A stretch of 64,000 nt of DNA from a phage: assembly GCA_033239445.1 (NCBI GenBank), contig GCA_033239445.1_3953.1, one strand, 5' to 3'. This document shows, one piece after another, positions 44,917 through 55,479 of this stretch; position 1 is the first letter of the stretch; the number at the start of each line of letters is the position of its first letter. The notes beneath the pieces are model-generated. The model was not told the DNA's origin and ran no database searches. It saw nothing but the letters and a program-made list of their open reading frames with translations. A program made the translations under genes and the position numbers.

Positions 44917-45403
44917 TAAGTTTCATGATTTTAGTGATTCTCTTCTCAGCTTCATCATAAGTCTCTTTTGTAAGAAACTTGATTGCTGCAATGTTCGCAT
45001 TGTAGAAGAGTCGAAGCTTAGAGTCAATCCTTTTTGTCATGACGTCAAACTTATGTTGTAGGTTAGCTTCGCCATAAACTAAGCCACCTCGCGTATAGTA
45101 AGTCTGGATGATGTAGAAGTCAAACTCTTTTTCACCAAAAGATTCAATATCCTTCTTAATGTACTCAGAAGATGTTTGGTAAGTCATCCAATCACTTTCT
45201 TTTGTCACGACTTTACGTCTGGTCTTTCCAGCAACCTTTTTCTTAGTGACGTTATTAAATTGTTTCTTTCCAATATAATATTGTCCAGTTTTCTTACAGT
45301 ATACTAAATAGACAAAACCAAAATAGTTAGCGGGGTTAATTTCCCCGCACAGTGAAACCCAATGTCCATAAACAGGGCAATTTCCAAATCCTTTAATCTT
45401 CAT
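44903..45403 (-). CDS. possible GIY-YIG domain nuclease
   Basis: 166 aa; VYLVYCKKTGQYYIGKK resembles the GIY ... YIG motif pair. Confidence 0.4.
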   Translation of the reverse strand: MKIKGFGNCPVYGHWVSLCGEINPANYFGFVYLVYCKKTGQYYIGKKQFNNVTKKKVAGKTRRKVVTKESDWMTYQTSSEYIKKDIESFGEKEFDFYIIQTYYTRGGLVYGEANLQHKFDVMTKRIDSKLRLFYNANIAAIKFLTKETYDEAEKRITKIMKLNERV

Positions 45404-46460
45404 TCATAACTGGCTCCCAATTGTATTTTTTAAACGTAAAATCATCTTTAGGATTTCGTTCTTGATAAGCAATCCAGAAGTGTTGCTCCATTAATTCTAG
45501 TGGAGTTCTTGTCACAATCTGACCATCCCACGATTCATAAGTGTATGACTCTTTCTTAGCATAAAGCTCATAGATTGCGTCTAAGCACTCTTTGTAGGTA
45601 GTTTTACCTTCCAGTGCATTCATCACCGCAACCTTACCAGCACCTTTTAAACCGAAGTAGTTGTCTGCATTATCACCTGCTACAGCTTGATAGCAGAGGA
45701 ATTTAAAACCTACTCCGACTGTCTTCTTAGCTTTCGGTTTAGATTTGATAGGGCAATCCCAAATCTCACCAACGTTATTATCTGCAATGAAAATTAATGG
45801 AGCTTTCTCATAAGTCATATCAATACAGTAAGTTCCTTCAGCTTGACGAAGGTCTTTATCAATACTCATCAGAGCAGCTTTTTTACCCATCTTCTCAGCT
45901 TTTGCAATAACGATAGAGTCTGCTTCGAAGCCCCCTTTTAGGAGCTTAAACTCTGGTCGTGACAGAAGATACTCACGACAAGCAACTAGGTGTGTAGGTG
46001 TTACAGCTTCTTTTCTGTTACCTTGGTATTGGTGTTCAAGACCTTTGATATCCTTGTGTTTATGAACACCTTTCTCAGTAAGGTAACCCATCCATTTGCG
46101 TTCTTTACCAACGACTTTCAACCACTCCTGAAGAACTTGCTGTGTAGCCATAATTGCTTCAGCTTCACTCTTAGCCTCCTTCCAAGTCTGTCTTTCCCAT
46201 TCATCTTCATCAAAGTCAAGTCCTAACTCTTCAGTTAAAACTCTTTGGTCAGACAGCCATTGTGCTGCCAGTTTTGCACTATCAAAAGCGTCGGATTCTT
46301 CAGCAGTGATTTTATTCACATACTTGTACTTTGCTTTTTCAACTACACAAGCACCTTTGTAAGCAATGCTATCAGAGTCAATAAAGACGTGTGTAACGCT
46401 CTCTGGGAGCTTTGTTAAGGTGTATTGTTCCATTGTACTCTCCATACGAAAAAGCCCCAT
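45393..46460 (-). CDS. 5-prime to 3-prime exonuclease / flap endonuclease (RNase H-like)
   Basis: 355 aa; helix-3-turn-helix block AVAGDNADNYFGLKGAGKVAV typical of FEN-family 5-prime nucleases. Confidence 0.75.
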   Translation of the reverse strand: MGLFRMESTMEQYTLTKLPESVTHVFIDSDSIAYKGACVVEKAKYKYVNKITAEESDAFDSAKLAAQWLSDQRVLTEELGLDFDEDEWERQTWKEAKSEAEAIMATQQVLQEWLKVVGKERKWMGYLTEKGVHKHKDIKGLEHQYQGNRKEAVTPTHLVACREYLLSRPEFKLLKGGFEADSIVIAKAEKMGKKAALMSIDKDLRQAEGTYCIDMTYEKAPLIFIADNNVGEIWDCPIKSKPKAKKTVGVGFKFLCYQAVAGDNADNYFGLKGAGKVAVMNALEGKTTYKECLDAIYELYAKKESYTYESWDGQIVTRTPLELMEQHFWIAYQERNPKDDFTFKKYNWEPVMNED

Positions 46461-46463
46461 ACG

Positions 46464-46490
46464 TCTGTACAGGGCTTTGTAGTAGTTACT
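46464..46490 (-). terminator. possible rho-independent terminator (minus strand)
   Basis: On the minus strand agccc-tgtacagacgtatg-gggct followed by TTTTTC. Confidence 0.4.
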
Positions 46491-46495
46491 GACTA

Positions 46496-47356
46496 TTACT
46501 CGTCGTCAGTTTCGAAATCATCTTCGTCGTCATCATCTGGGTTTGGCAGGTCGTCGTCATCGTCATCACCACCTTTACCTTCATCACCAGAATCTTTTGC
46601 ATCTTCTTCAGTGATTTCACCGTTGTCTTCAACACCTGCAAGACCAAGCATTGCCAGTTCATCTTCATCCAGTTCAGTCTCAGTAGCACCACCAGTACCA
46701 CCAGTGTAAGGAACCAGAGTATCAATGATAAATTGTTCCTGAATTGGCTTGGTCAGAACGTTACCTTCAAATGTGTAGAAGTGAGTCGCCAGAATCACAC
46801 TACCAAATGAGCCGTTACCAACTGCAATATCTGGATGAATTACATCGTAAGTCTTATCATCATCGTGCTTATCAGATTTTGCTGCCTTGATTTTCTTCAT
46901 AGGCTGCTTAACTGCAACACGCTTACCGTTGATTTCTTCAACCAGCATTACAGGGAAACTCTGTTTTGCTGACCACACAGCACCGTCTTTATATGCTGCT
47001 GAACGGCTAACCTTCAGGATGTGATAGGTGTCAGCTTCAAACGGAGGCTCACAACCAAACTTCTCTTCGAAGTCATCTGCATCAACAGCCTCTGTAGTAA
47101 CTTTATCCCAACCTTCAGGACTCTTTTTAGACTTGGTGAACTCTTTAAAGAGCTTGTTACCATCTTTTGCCAGAATTGAAACGCTGTAGTTACAATCTTT
47201 GCCCGGAAAATGCTTATCCACAGATTTACCCTTTTGAGGGCGTGGAATAGTGTTCAGGTAATAGAACCAAACATCTTTCAGCAGGTAACGCAGAGTCTCA
47301 CGTTCTTGACCATTGTACTTCTCTACCGGAGCTTTCATTTTAACAACTTTAGACAT
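46496..47356 (-). CDS. possible single-stranded DNA-binding protein with acidic C-terminal tail
   Basis: 286 aa; C-terminus GGDDDDDDLPNPDDDDEDDFETDDE, reminiscent of T7 gp2.5-type tails. Confidence 0.45.
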   Translation of the reverse strand: MSKVVKMKAPVEKYNGQERETLRYLLKDVWFYYLNTIPRPQKGKSVDKHFPGKDCNYSVSILAKDGNKLFKEFTKSKKSPEGWDKVTTEAVDADDFEEKFGCEPPFEADTYHILKVSRSAAYKDGAVWSAKQSFPVMLVEEINGKRVAVKQPMKKIKAAKSDKHDDDKTYDVIHPDIAVGNGSFGSVILATHFYTFEGNVLTKPIQEQFIIDTLVPYTGGTGGATETELDEDELAMLGLAGVEDNGEITEEDAKDSGDEGKGGDDDDDDLPNPDDDDEDDFETDDE

Positions 47357-47441
47357 TTTAATACCTCTTTCTCAAATTAACTTTCAACTCAACTATCAAG
47401 GAGTACAATCTTACAGACTTCGTACTCCCTTGTCAAACACT

Positions 47442-47579
47442 TTAAGCAGATTTCTTAGCTGCTTTACGAGCCGTCTTACCTGTACGAACTCGCTTCTGTA
47501 CATAGTGTTCAGCAGATTTACCAGCAGTTGCTTTCATGGAATCGCCAAATACTTTCTCGAATGCTTTAGAATGTTTCAT
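47442..47579 (-). CDS. small basic protein (45 aa)
   Basis: Below ORF-track cutoff; start overlaps upstream stop (ATGA). Confidence 0.3.
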   Translation of the reverse strand: MKHSKAFEKVFGDSMKATAGKSAEHYVQKRVRTGKTARKAAKKSA

Positions 47580-47857
47580 GAATCTCTCCGATATATTTCA
47601 TATTCAAAATGTTTATTAGTCAAGGTAAAGATGTAAACTGTAGATAACCCATCAATCGCTAATGCAAATTGCTCAACATTATCTTTTGATAAGTGTTCAA
47701 ACTTTACTTCATGTCCCTTGTTGATGAGTACTTTACCGAACTGCTCTATCTTAGTCAAGCACTCTTTTACAAATTTTTCTCTGCTTTTTTCTGAATAGAA
47801 GGGTTCAAAACCCTCCTTCAGATAACTATCAATCAGTTTCGAACGGACAGTCATCAT
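47576..47857 (-). CDS. hypothetical protein
   Basis: 93 aa ORF. Confidence 0.5.
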   Translation of the reverse strand: MMTVRSKLIDSYLKEGFEPFYSEKSREKFVKECLTKIEQFGKVLINKGHEVKFEHLSKDNVEQFALAIDGLSTVYIFTLTNKHFEYEIYRRDS

Positions 47858-49814
47858 TATCCTCGTTAATCACAGGTGGAATGGTGGAGCTTTCACGTTG
47901 CTCTTGTGTGTAAATCTCTCCAGATTCACGGTCAAAATCAACATCTTCATAGTGTGGCATAGAGTCATCATAATGGTCTTCAGCCTCACCAATACCAAAC
48001 TGCTGACGAATATTCTCTGCTGCACCATCAATATCAACACCACATCCAGCAGCCTTTACAAGACGGCCTGTATCTGGATTGTACCAAGTGTGACCAGCAA
48101 TACCAGTTGATTTACCATGACGACGACATTTCGTTAACTTGATTTTTGTCAAGTTCTTTTTAACAGGGTCTGGGTCAACCTTGTTACGCATAAGTAAAAT
48201 GTTGTTCATGGAAATCTGGAAGTATGCACCAGAACCCTTGATATCTTCTTCAGAAATATCACCACCTTCAGAGTTAGCCTTTTGACCACCTGCACTCTTA
48301 CGAACGTGACACACGTTTACCTGAGCATACTGATAACGCTTACAGCGACGAAGTAACTCAGACAGAACTTCTTCTTCATCTGTATCAGAGCGTGACAGCG
48401 CCAATGTAATAGGGTCAAGGATGATAATCTTACAATCAAGACTGTTAACAAGGTAGTCAACAAACTCTAGCAAGTTATCTTGGTCAATAGCCCCTTGGTG
48501 GTCAACGATATGAATACGACGACCTTTCGACAATTCTGCGTGAGCAGTCTTAATCTCATCCCAATTACGCTCATCATAAGGAATCTCTGAAATCTGCTTA
48601 CTCAGGTGGATTGCACAGAGCATCTCCATGAGTTCTTCGTAAGTGTCTTCCACTGGAATTACACCAATATTATATTCAGTGTCTTTCCAAGCTGTGTAAA
48701 TCATCTCACGAGTATATGCAGACTTACCTACAGATGATGGTGCAGCTAACGTAGTAATCTCACCTAATCCATAACCACCATAAGTCAGTTTGTTCAAATC
48801 CCCAAAAGATTCTGGGAATGGAATCAAAGGAATCTGACCACGATTCTTCATTGCTTCAAAGCCATCTGCAAAGTTCTTAATACCAGCAGGGCAATAACGA
48901 GGCGCATTGTAGATTCTTTGCTTAAATCCTTCTAAGACTGTTTCTTTATCTTTGAAGAATTTAGTCCACCACTCACTTAAGTCTTTAATACCTTCAGGGT
49001 ACTGGAACAGACGAACCTTTTCAATTGGCAGTATACCAGCAGCTTCCTTAGTTACTTTCGCACCCGCTTCATCATTATCAAAGCAAAGGTAAATCTCATC
49101 AAAAGATGTGATGTACTGATAATTCTCTTTGATTGATTTAACGTTTGCACCAGATGGGACAGATACATGGCAGTAATTTTTTCTGCGTGACTTATCCTTA
49201 ATTGCTAAAGAAGTCATGTAGACTGCTGTAGCGCACTCCATCTCACCTTCCCAGATGAATAGGCGATTACCACCTTCAGGGGCAATCCATGAACCAAACA
49301 TTGCAAGTTCACCTTTAATATCACCTACACCACCTGAGAAATCTTTTAACTTGCCACGAAGTTGCTCTTTTGGATGGTCATCAGGGTATTTGTGACGTAC
49401 ACGATAGCCAACATGCTTAAGCTTACCATCTTCATCTTTCTTATATGTTGGGTAAAAGTGAGCATCAATATCTCCATTTTCATCAACATCAACCTTGATT
49501 CCAAGACGCTCAAGAACCTTCGCAGGAATCTTTCTGTCTTTTAAGTCCAGTGCTTCCAGATTGTCTTTAACGTCATCTAAATCCATACCACGAAACTTAC
49601 GATTCTTATTATCCGAACCTGTAGACATAGTGCTCACAATTTGACCCTTATCAAAATCCCACTCTGGAAAACCTTTATTGCAACTGAAGCAAGTCATTGA
49701 ATATGAATCATCATCATGGTGATAGATTGAACCTGCATCAGACGAACCACACTTTGGACAAGCACAATGACCTACAAACTGACCAGCCTCTTTTAATTTT
49801 CTAGTTTTAGCCAT
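47829..49814 (-). CDS. bifunctional DNA primase/helicase (T7 gp4-like)
   Basis: 661 aa; N-terminal zinc finger CACPKCGS ... CFSCNKG, central TOPRIM-like acidic region, C-terminal DnaB-type Walker A LAAPSSVGKSAY. Confidence 0.85.
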   Translation of the reverse strand: MAKTRKLKEAGQFVGHCACPKCGSSDAGSIYHHDDDSYSMTCFSCNKGFPEWDFDKGQIVSTMSTGSDNKNRKFRGMDLDDVKDNLEALDLKDRKIPAKVLERLGIKVDVDENGDIDAHFYPTYKKDEDGKLKHVGYRVRHKYPDDHPKEQLRGKLKDFSGGVGDIKGELAMFGSWIAPEGGNRLFIWEGEMECATAVYMTSLAIKDKSRRKNYCHVSVPSGANVKSIKENYQYITSFDEIYLCFDNDEAGAKVTKEAAGILPIEKVRLFQYPEGIKDLSEWWTKFFKDKETVLEGFKQRIYNAPRYCPAGIKNFADGFEAMKNRGQIPLIPFPESFGDLNKLTYGGYGLGEITTLAAPSSVGKSAYTREMIYTAWKDTEYNIGVIPVEDTYEELMEMLCAIHLSKQISEIPYDERNWDEIKTAHAELSKGRRIHIVDHQGAIDQDNLLEFVDYLVNSLDCKIIILDPITLALSRSDTDEEEVLSELLRRCKRYQYAQVNVCHVRKSAGGQKANSEGGDISEEDIKGSGAYFQISMNNILLMRNKVDPDPVKKNLTKIKLTKCRRHGKSTGIAGHTWYNPDTGRLVKAAGCGVDIDGAAENIRQQFGIGEAEDHYDDSMPHYEDVDFDRESGEIYTQEQRESSTIPPVINEDNDDCPFETD

Positions 49815-50022
49815 TCACACCTCTCCGACGCAATTCTGATTTAAGACCATTTTCAATCTTATCTAATTCGTGAATTTCTTCTGCAATCTCTTTCCGACGA
49901 GAAGCGACCCTCTCAAGTCGCTCCATCATAACTTCTTTAGAAAGAGATGAGAGTTCTACACTACGGTGGTCAATAACTTTCAGATTATTATCTCTCATCT
50001 TAATTCTCTTTTCAAAGGCCAA
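49807..50022 (-). CDS. small hypothetical protein
   Basis: 71 aa ORF. Confidence 0.4.
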   Translation of the reverse strand: MAFEKRIKMRDNNLKVIDHRSVELSSLSKEVMMERLERVASRRKEIAEEIHELDKIENGLKSELRRRGVNG

Positions 50023-50752
50023 TAATGGCTGTTAGTTTACCTTTAAGCTCATCCAGAGTCCCGTTATTTTGAATGATATCACGACCAAAGTTTGTTGAGA
50101 TGCCCTTCTCAGAAGAATGAGATGCAACCTGTGTAGCATTACTTCTCTTCACCTCAATGATTTGACTGTCATAACTTTGAAGGAACTCAGCCTCAATGTC
50201 AAATCGTAAGTCACAAATCAACATAACTGGTGTGTGACCTGCCTTATCACACTCTCCGTAGAACTTCTCCATTCTCTCTGCTAAATCAACAATCCAGAAT
50301 CGCTCACCCAGAGTTTTTCTCACAACCTCACTGCCCCAAACCTGCTGAATTTGACGTGAAGAGATATAGTAGTCATTTCTCAAACCAAGTCGAGTCTTGA
50401 TAGTTGGCTTCCCAACTTTCTTTAACTCTTTGATAAGCTTGTCAGCGATTTCACCACAAAGTTTAGAGTCTTCGTGAATCTTTTTGCCTTTCATGTGCCT
50501 CTGGAAAGCCCAAGTGACGCGAGACTCAATATTATCAAAGTCGAGATTGAACTTCTGAGGCATCTCTTTGGTTTCCCCATAAAGGTCTTGCCAGTTAAGG
50601 TCGAAGATTGTTCCAGCAGTGGCTTTCAGATTGTCTGCGAATGCAAAGACTTTAACAGCGTAACCTTCATCAATCAAGATGTTTTTTACAATAGTACATG
50701 AAGTGTCTTTACCAGAACGTGCCTTACCAGTGAATGCAATAATATCTTTCAT
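50012..50752 (-). CDS. P-loop kinase, probable deoxynucleoside monophosphate kinase
   Basis: 246 aa; Walker A FTGKARSGKDT at the N-terminus. Confidence 0.55.
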   Translation of the reverse strand: MKDIIAFTGKARSGKDTSCTIVKNILIDEGYAVKVFAFADNLKATAGTIFDLNWQDLYGETKEMPQKFNLDFDNIESRVTWAFQRHMKGKKIHEDSKLCGEIADKLIKELKKVGKPTIKTRLGLRNDYYISSRQIQQVWGSEVVRKTLGERFWIVDLAERMEKFYGECDKAGHTPVMLICDLRFDIEAEFLQSYDSQIIEVKRSNATQVASHSSEKGISTNFGRDIIQNNGTLDELKGKLTAIIGL

Positions 50753-50808
50753 AATAACCTCTCAATAATAAAAAGCCCCCAATTAAGGAGGCTTGGGAAA
50801 ACTAATGA

Positions 50809-51612
50809 TTACTGCTCAGTAGCTTGTGAGTTTTCACGTTCAGCCATTGCATCAAGCTGTTCACAGAACTCTTCACCAAAAGTAATTGCAATCTTTTCAC
50901 GTACAATTGCTGCACCTGTCTGGGTAAACACTTCATAAAGCGCACCTACACTTGCCCCTCCAGACATTTCTTCTACAAAGCTTGGTTCAGCATCGAGAAT
51001 TTTTGATACCTCTAAAAGAGCATGGATACCCATCACACTAATCACAGCAGACAGGATTGACGTCAGTTTAATCTGACTAGCATCAATACCTGCTACAGAC
51101 TCTGACGCTGCAACTTGCTCAAGTTTCTGCACTGAAGACTTAGCATACTCTTTAGCAACATCAGAGATGGCATCATACCCCCAATCCAGCTTTTGATAGC
51201 GAGGTGAATGGTCATTCATTCGTTTCTCAAGAGAGGCCATCACAGCAGCAACTGGTGCTACAGTGGCATTTACCAGTTCTTCTTCGCTCATCTTGTCAAG
51301 CTCTTTTAAACCAGCCTCTGTGATTGCATTGTAACCACCTGCATACATCTCATTAAAGATATACTCAGCAAAAGTGTCAAGGCCAATTACAATGGACTGT
51401 AAAGCGGCTTTACGATTGTCAAGCAAGAACTTAACCTCGTTTCGGAATTTCTCATCAGAGTCTACACCAGCCCCATCTGGACGGAGTGAGTCTGGGATTA
51501 CTTTTCCAGACAGTGAATTACTACGCATAACTACAGCAAGTGTCTCCACTGTGTTAAGCAGGAAGTTCTCATTGATACCTTTTTCAAGCAACACTTCATT
51601 TACAGTTTTCAT
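50809..51612 (-). CDS. hypothetical protein
   Basis: 267 aa ORF. Confidence 0.55.
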   Translation of the reverse strand: MKTVNEVLLEKGINENFLLNTVETLAVVMRSNSLSGKVIPDSLRPDGAGVDSDEKFRNEVKFLLDNRKAALQSIVIGLDTFAEYIFNEMYAGGYNAITEAGLKELDKMSEEELVNATVAPVAAVMASLEKRMNDHSPRYQKLDWGYDAISDVAKEYAKSSVQKLEQVAASESVAGIDASQIKLTSILSAVISVMGIHALLEVSKILDAEPSFVEEMSGGASVGALYEVFTQTGAAIVREKIAITFGEEFCEQLDAMAERENSQATEQ

Positions 51613-52036
51613 TTTTAATCTCTCTCATTTTGTTAATAGTAAGTCGTGATAATCTTAAACCTTCCTGTGAAGAGAAGTCAAGTCCTTTTTCAGACCTTGG
51701 GAAGTAATGCCTATCCCAAGTGCTCTCTGCATCTTGAAGAAGTGTTGCTAGACTAACTAAGTCTGTTCCGTTTTGCAACTTCTTTTTTAAGGTGTCTATC
51801 AAAAATGTTGTATCTTTTGCTTTACGCCTCTCAGAAGAAATCTCCTTCATATGCTCAAAGACTGAGCACTTCATTTCTTCGTCATATCCTTCAGACAACT
51901 CTATCTCGTGCTGAACATCAACCATACGACGATGTTGATAAGCGTACTCCTTCTGTGATTCTAAGTCAAGCTTTTCGATTTTCTCTAGAGCCTCAATGAA
52001 ATTCAAGATATCTGGGTGAACGTACATCCTCTGCAT
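51596..52036 (-). CDS. hypothetical protein
   Basis: 146 aa ORF; first gene of the minus block. Confidence 0.5.
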   Translation of the reverse strand: MQRMYVHPDILNFIEALEKIEKLDLESQKEYAYQHRRMVDVQHEIELSEGYDEEMKCSVFEHMKEISSERRKAKDTTFLIDTLKKKLQNGTDLVSLATLLQDAESTWDRHYFPRSEKGLDFSSQEGLRLSRLTINKMREIKNENCK

Positions 52037-52214
52037 GATTGCCTCTGTTAAGTTTCTATAAAGAGTTTAATCTCTTATCTTTACGTATTCTATACGTATA
52101 CTTTAAAGCTTTTAAAAGGCTATTAAAAGTCTTTTAAGGGTTTTAAAGAATCTGTATAGTAAGTCTGTAAAGGGAGTCTATTAAGATAAAACCCACTTCG
52201 CAAAGATTAACACC

Positions 52215-52258
52215 TTGTCAAGTGCTTTGTCAACTTGCTTTTTCAAAAAAAGTAGAGT
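52215..52258 (+). promoter_or_regulatory. possible promoter upstream of the DNA polymerase gene
   Basis: Two TTGTCA -35-like hexamers (52215-52220, 52228-52233) and TAGAGT -10-like hexamer in a divergent intergenic region. Confidence 0.3.
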
Positions 52259-52294
52259 AGTGTATTACCCAGACTGATTTGAGAGGGAGTTAAA

Positions 52295-54994
52295 ATGGAA
52301 AATGTAGATTTTGAAAACTTGCATTTAGTTGGTGATACAGAAACTGATGGGTTGTTGCTTGAGTTCACAAAAGCTCACGTTATGGCCTTTGCAGATTACA
52401 AAGATGACAGTGACGAACCTCCTGTTTGGGTATTCACTGATGAACCTATCCTTGGTCACAAGTATACCAAATACATTAAAGGTGGCTTACGAGAAGGGGT
52501 TGAGTTTGCTTTAAAGGCAAAAAGACTTTGCATCCACAATGGTCTGGGTTATGACTGGTGGGTGTTTAACCACATTGCACCTGATTTATGGAACTTTGAT
52601 AATCCAAAGTGTAAACCTTGGGGTGATTTCTTCCAAGACTCACTTATTCAGTCTCGCGTTCAGTGGATGGATAGGCCAACACCAAAAGGCTACAAAGGTG
52701 CTCACGGATTGGCTGCGTGGGGTGCTCGTGTTGGTGTTCGTAAACCTGAGATTGAAGAGTGGGGTGTATGGAATGCAGAAATCCTTAACCGTGTTGTTGA
52801 AGATATCCGCATTAACGCCAAAGCAAAAAGGGCTATGGATAATGAGTATCTAAAACTGAAGAAGTGTGGTGTTGATACTTATGAAACATACATGAGAGCC
52901 AAGGAAACATCTTTTTGGATGAGTCAGCAAGCAATCAATGGTTGGAAAGCTGATATCAACAAAATGAAAAGTTGTATCAAAGAGTTGGATAAGATGACTT
53001 CTGACTTAGCTTCTGAGGTAGAACCATTCTTACCACCAACTATCAAAACAAAAGGTAAAGTTACTGGTGAAGAATTTGCCAAGTCATGGAATGAGTACGT
53101 AGAGACATTTGGTGGTGCAGATGGTTTGAAGAGAATCACAAAGTACCCTAAGACAAAATATCGTCAGCAGGTTCGTAATGGTGAGATGCAAAGTTATCCT
53201 ATCAAGCCATATGGAAAACCAACTACAAAGATTTTCAGCATTGAAAAAAGAAATTGCTACACTCCAACTAACACCGTTACTGGAGAAGAGTACAAAGAAG
53301 GTTTTGTAGCGATGAAAGATGCTCGTGCAGTTTGCAATGAGTTAAATGCTAAAGTGGATAAGAAGTGCAAAGATTGGAAGCCAGTTAAGACAGTGAAGAT
53401 TGTGAAGTACTACAACAACCATGTAGTTAATCACTTTGGTCTTGAATCAAGTCGATACACAGGGTTGATTGATGCACCGTATACACCTATTGAGTTTGAA
53501 GTGTCACGAATGACTCAGGTGGCTGTTGTTAAGGATTACTTGAAGACTTTAGGTTGGATTCCTGATGATTGGAATTACAAGAAGGATTCAGATGGTCGTC
53601 CTGTGAAAGTTTGTCGATTCAAAGATAACAAGAAAATGATTCGCAAGCACCCAAAATGGGATGAAATGGTTGAGCGTTGTGGATTGAACTATGTTGAGCA
53701 CGAAGGTATTCAGTACATTGAGCATAACTGGTCTGTCAAAAAGTACACAGACTTGCTTGAGCCTTGCTTGATTCGTACTTCACCAAAACTGACTGAATCA
53801 TCTTATGACACCATTGAAGGTGAACTTGGACAGAAGATTGCGAAGTACTATACTTTGATGCACCGACGTAGAACTATTGAGAACTCAAAAGATGATGAAA
53901 AGGGCTGGTTGAACCAGATTCGTCCAGATGGTCGTTTGAGTGCTGGTGCAATGGTGTTTGGTACATCTACTGGACGTATGACGCAGTATGGTATTGTAAA
54001 CGTACCTTCTGGTGCTGCCGTTTATGGGGAACCAATGAGGGCAGTTTGGATTTGTGAAGAAGGGACAAACGTAGTCTCTGTAGATATGAACTCTGCACAG
54101 CTTGTTCTTCTTTGTAACTTTATGGGTGATAAGGATTTCACAAAGGCTGTAACTGAAGGTAAAGAAGAGATTGAGTTTGTTCGTCAAGAAGATGGTCGTT
54201 ACTATTGCAAACACTTTGATGAATACTTGAACCCTGAAGTTGACAAGTATCTTCGTTATGACCATGAAAATGACCTGTATGTAGTTTACTCAGGTACTGA
54301 TGCTCATACACTGAACAGTATCTACTTTAGTTTGAATGATGAGCAGGATATCTTGACTTGTCGTATGACTCAGGATGAAAATCTTCTTCACGAAATTAGT
54401 AAGGGTCGTAAGAAAGCTAAGAATGGTATCTATGCACTGTTGTTCGGTGCAGGTGATGAAAAGTTTGCTAAGACCATTAAAGCAGCTACCACTCAGGAAG
54501 GTGCATTAACTAAACAGACTTACTTTGTGCGTTTGCCGAAGATTAAGAAACTGTTAGACAACTTAGAAGCCGACTTTAAAGCTACTAAGAAAGCACTGGA
54601 AGAGGTGTTTGGTAAAACTGCTGCTATCGCTAAAGGTGGTTTTGTTAAGGTTGCTGGTGCTTGGTTGTGGTGTAAATCTCCACATAAACTTTTGAACTAT
54701 CTGTTGATGGGTTCAGAAGCACAAGTACAGAATGAAGCAATCAACCTTGCTTGTCGTCGTATGATTGATGAAGGGTTAATGAAACTGAATGGTCGTAAAC
54801 CAGCTATTGGTGCTCGCCTACTCTGTGCTTACCACGATGAAACAAGCTGGGAATGTCCAGAGAGCATGACAGCAGAAGTCAAAGCAGTAACTGACTGGTA
54901 CTACGGGCAAGCTTCTAAGAACTTAGGTCTTAAAAAAGATACCCTTGTAACTGGTGCTGGTAAGGTTGGTAAAAGCTGGCTGGAAGTTCACTAA
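52295..54994 (+). CDS. family A DNA polymerase with 3-prime to 5-prime exonuclease domain
   Basis: 899 aa; exo I DTETDGL, motif A-like VVSVDMNSAQL, motif B-like KNGIYALLFGAG, motif C-like LLCAYHDETSWEC. Confidence 0.85.
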   Translation: MENVDFENLHLVGDTETDGLLLEFTKAHVMAFADYKDDSDEPPVWVFTDEPILGHKYTKYIKGGLREGVEFALKAKRLCIHNGLGYDWWVFNHIAPDLWNFDNPKCKPWGDFFQDSLIQSRVQWMDRPTPKGYKGAHGLAAWGARVGVRKPEIEEWGVWNAEILNRVVEDIRINAKAKRAMDNEYLKLKKCGVDTYETYMRAKETSFWMSQQAINGWKADINKMKSCIKELDKMTSDLASEVEPFLPPTIKTKGKVTGEEFAKSWNEYVETFGGADGLKRITKYPKTKYRQQVRNGEMQSYPIKPYGKPTTKIFSIEKRNCYTPTNTVTGEEYKEGFVAMKDARAVCNELNAKVDKKCKDWKPVKTVKIVKYYNNHVVNHFGLESSRYTGLIDAPYTPIEFEVSRMTQVAVVKDYLKTLGWIPDDWNYKKDSDGRPVKVCRFKDNKKMIRKHPKWDEMVERCGLNYVEHEGIQYIEHNWSVKKYTDLLEPCLIRTSPKLTESSYDTIEGELGQKIAKYYTLMHRRRTIENSKDDEKGWLNQIRPDGRLSAGAMVFGTSTGRMTQYGIVNVPSGAAVYGEPMRAVWICEEGTNVVSVDMNSAQLVLLCNFMGDKDFTKAVTEGKEEIEFVRQEDGRYYCKHFDEYLNPEVDKYLRYDHENDLYVVYSGTDAHTLNSIYFSLNDEQDILTCRMTQDENLLHEISKGRKKAKNGIYALLFGAGDEKFAKTIKAATTQEGALTKQTYFVRLPKIKKLLDNLEADFKATKKALEEVFGKTAAIAKGGFVKVAGAWLWCKSPHKLLNYLLMGSEAQVQNEAINLACRRMIDEGLMKLNGRKPAIGARLLCAYHDETSWECPESMTAEVKAVTDWYYGQASKNLGLKKDTLVTGAGKVGKSWLEVH

Positions 54995-55054
54995 TAGTGT
55001 TGACAAGGTGCTCATGGAAGAGTACCTTATACTATATCTTGTATAGGAGGTCAT

Positions 55055-55273
55055 ATGACACTTTCAGAGATTGAAGTACAATTGCAGTGTGCAGGTTATT
55101 CTCAAAAAGAGATTGAAGGTATGTTTATTGCTCTTTGCAGTGGTTCTAGAAATTTGAAGGTAAACCCTGAAGTTCTGCGTAAAGTAGATATCTTTATTGC
55201 TGGTGGGAAAATTGCAAAAGATAAGACAGGCTACTTAAAAGGTGAGCACGTAGATATTGAGAGTTTACTATGA
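55055..55273 (+). CDS. small hypothetical protein
   Basis: 72 aa ORF with SD aggagg. Confidence 0.45.
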   Translation: MTLSEIEVQLQCAGYSQKEIEGMFIALCSGSRNLKVNPEVLRKVDIFIAGGKIAKDKTGYLKGEHVDIESLL

Positions 55274-55479
55274 GCCACCGTGGAAGAACACATCTGGCAA
55301 TGATGAAAGATGCTTCAAAGGAGACTATTAAGAACCGTAAGCAGAAGTTGTTTGAGAGAATGAACAGACTCATTGATAACACTTCTCTTTCTGGTAGTGA
55401 GAAGGTTTTCTTGAAAGGGAATCTGAAAAGTATTGCACAGGAACTTATTGACATTGAATTTTGGAGACACCAAAAATGA
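55270..55479 (+). CDS. small hypothetical protein
   Basis: 69 aa ORF. Confidence 0.4.
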   Translation: MSHRGRTHLAMMKDASKETIKNRKQKLFERMNRLIDNTSLSGSEKVFLKGNLKSIAQELIDIEFWRHQK

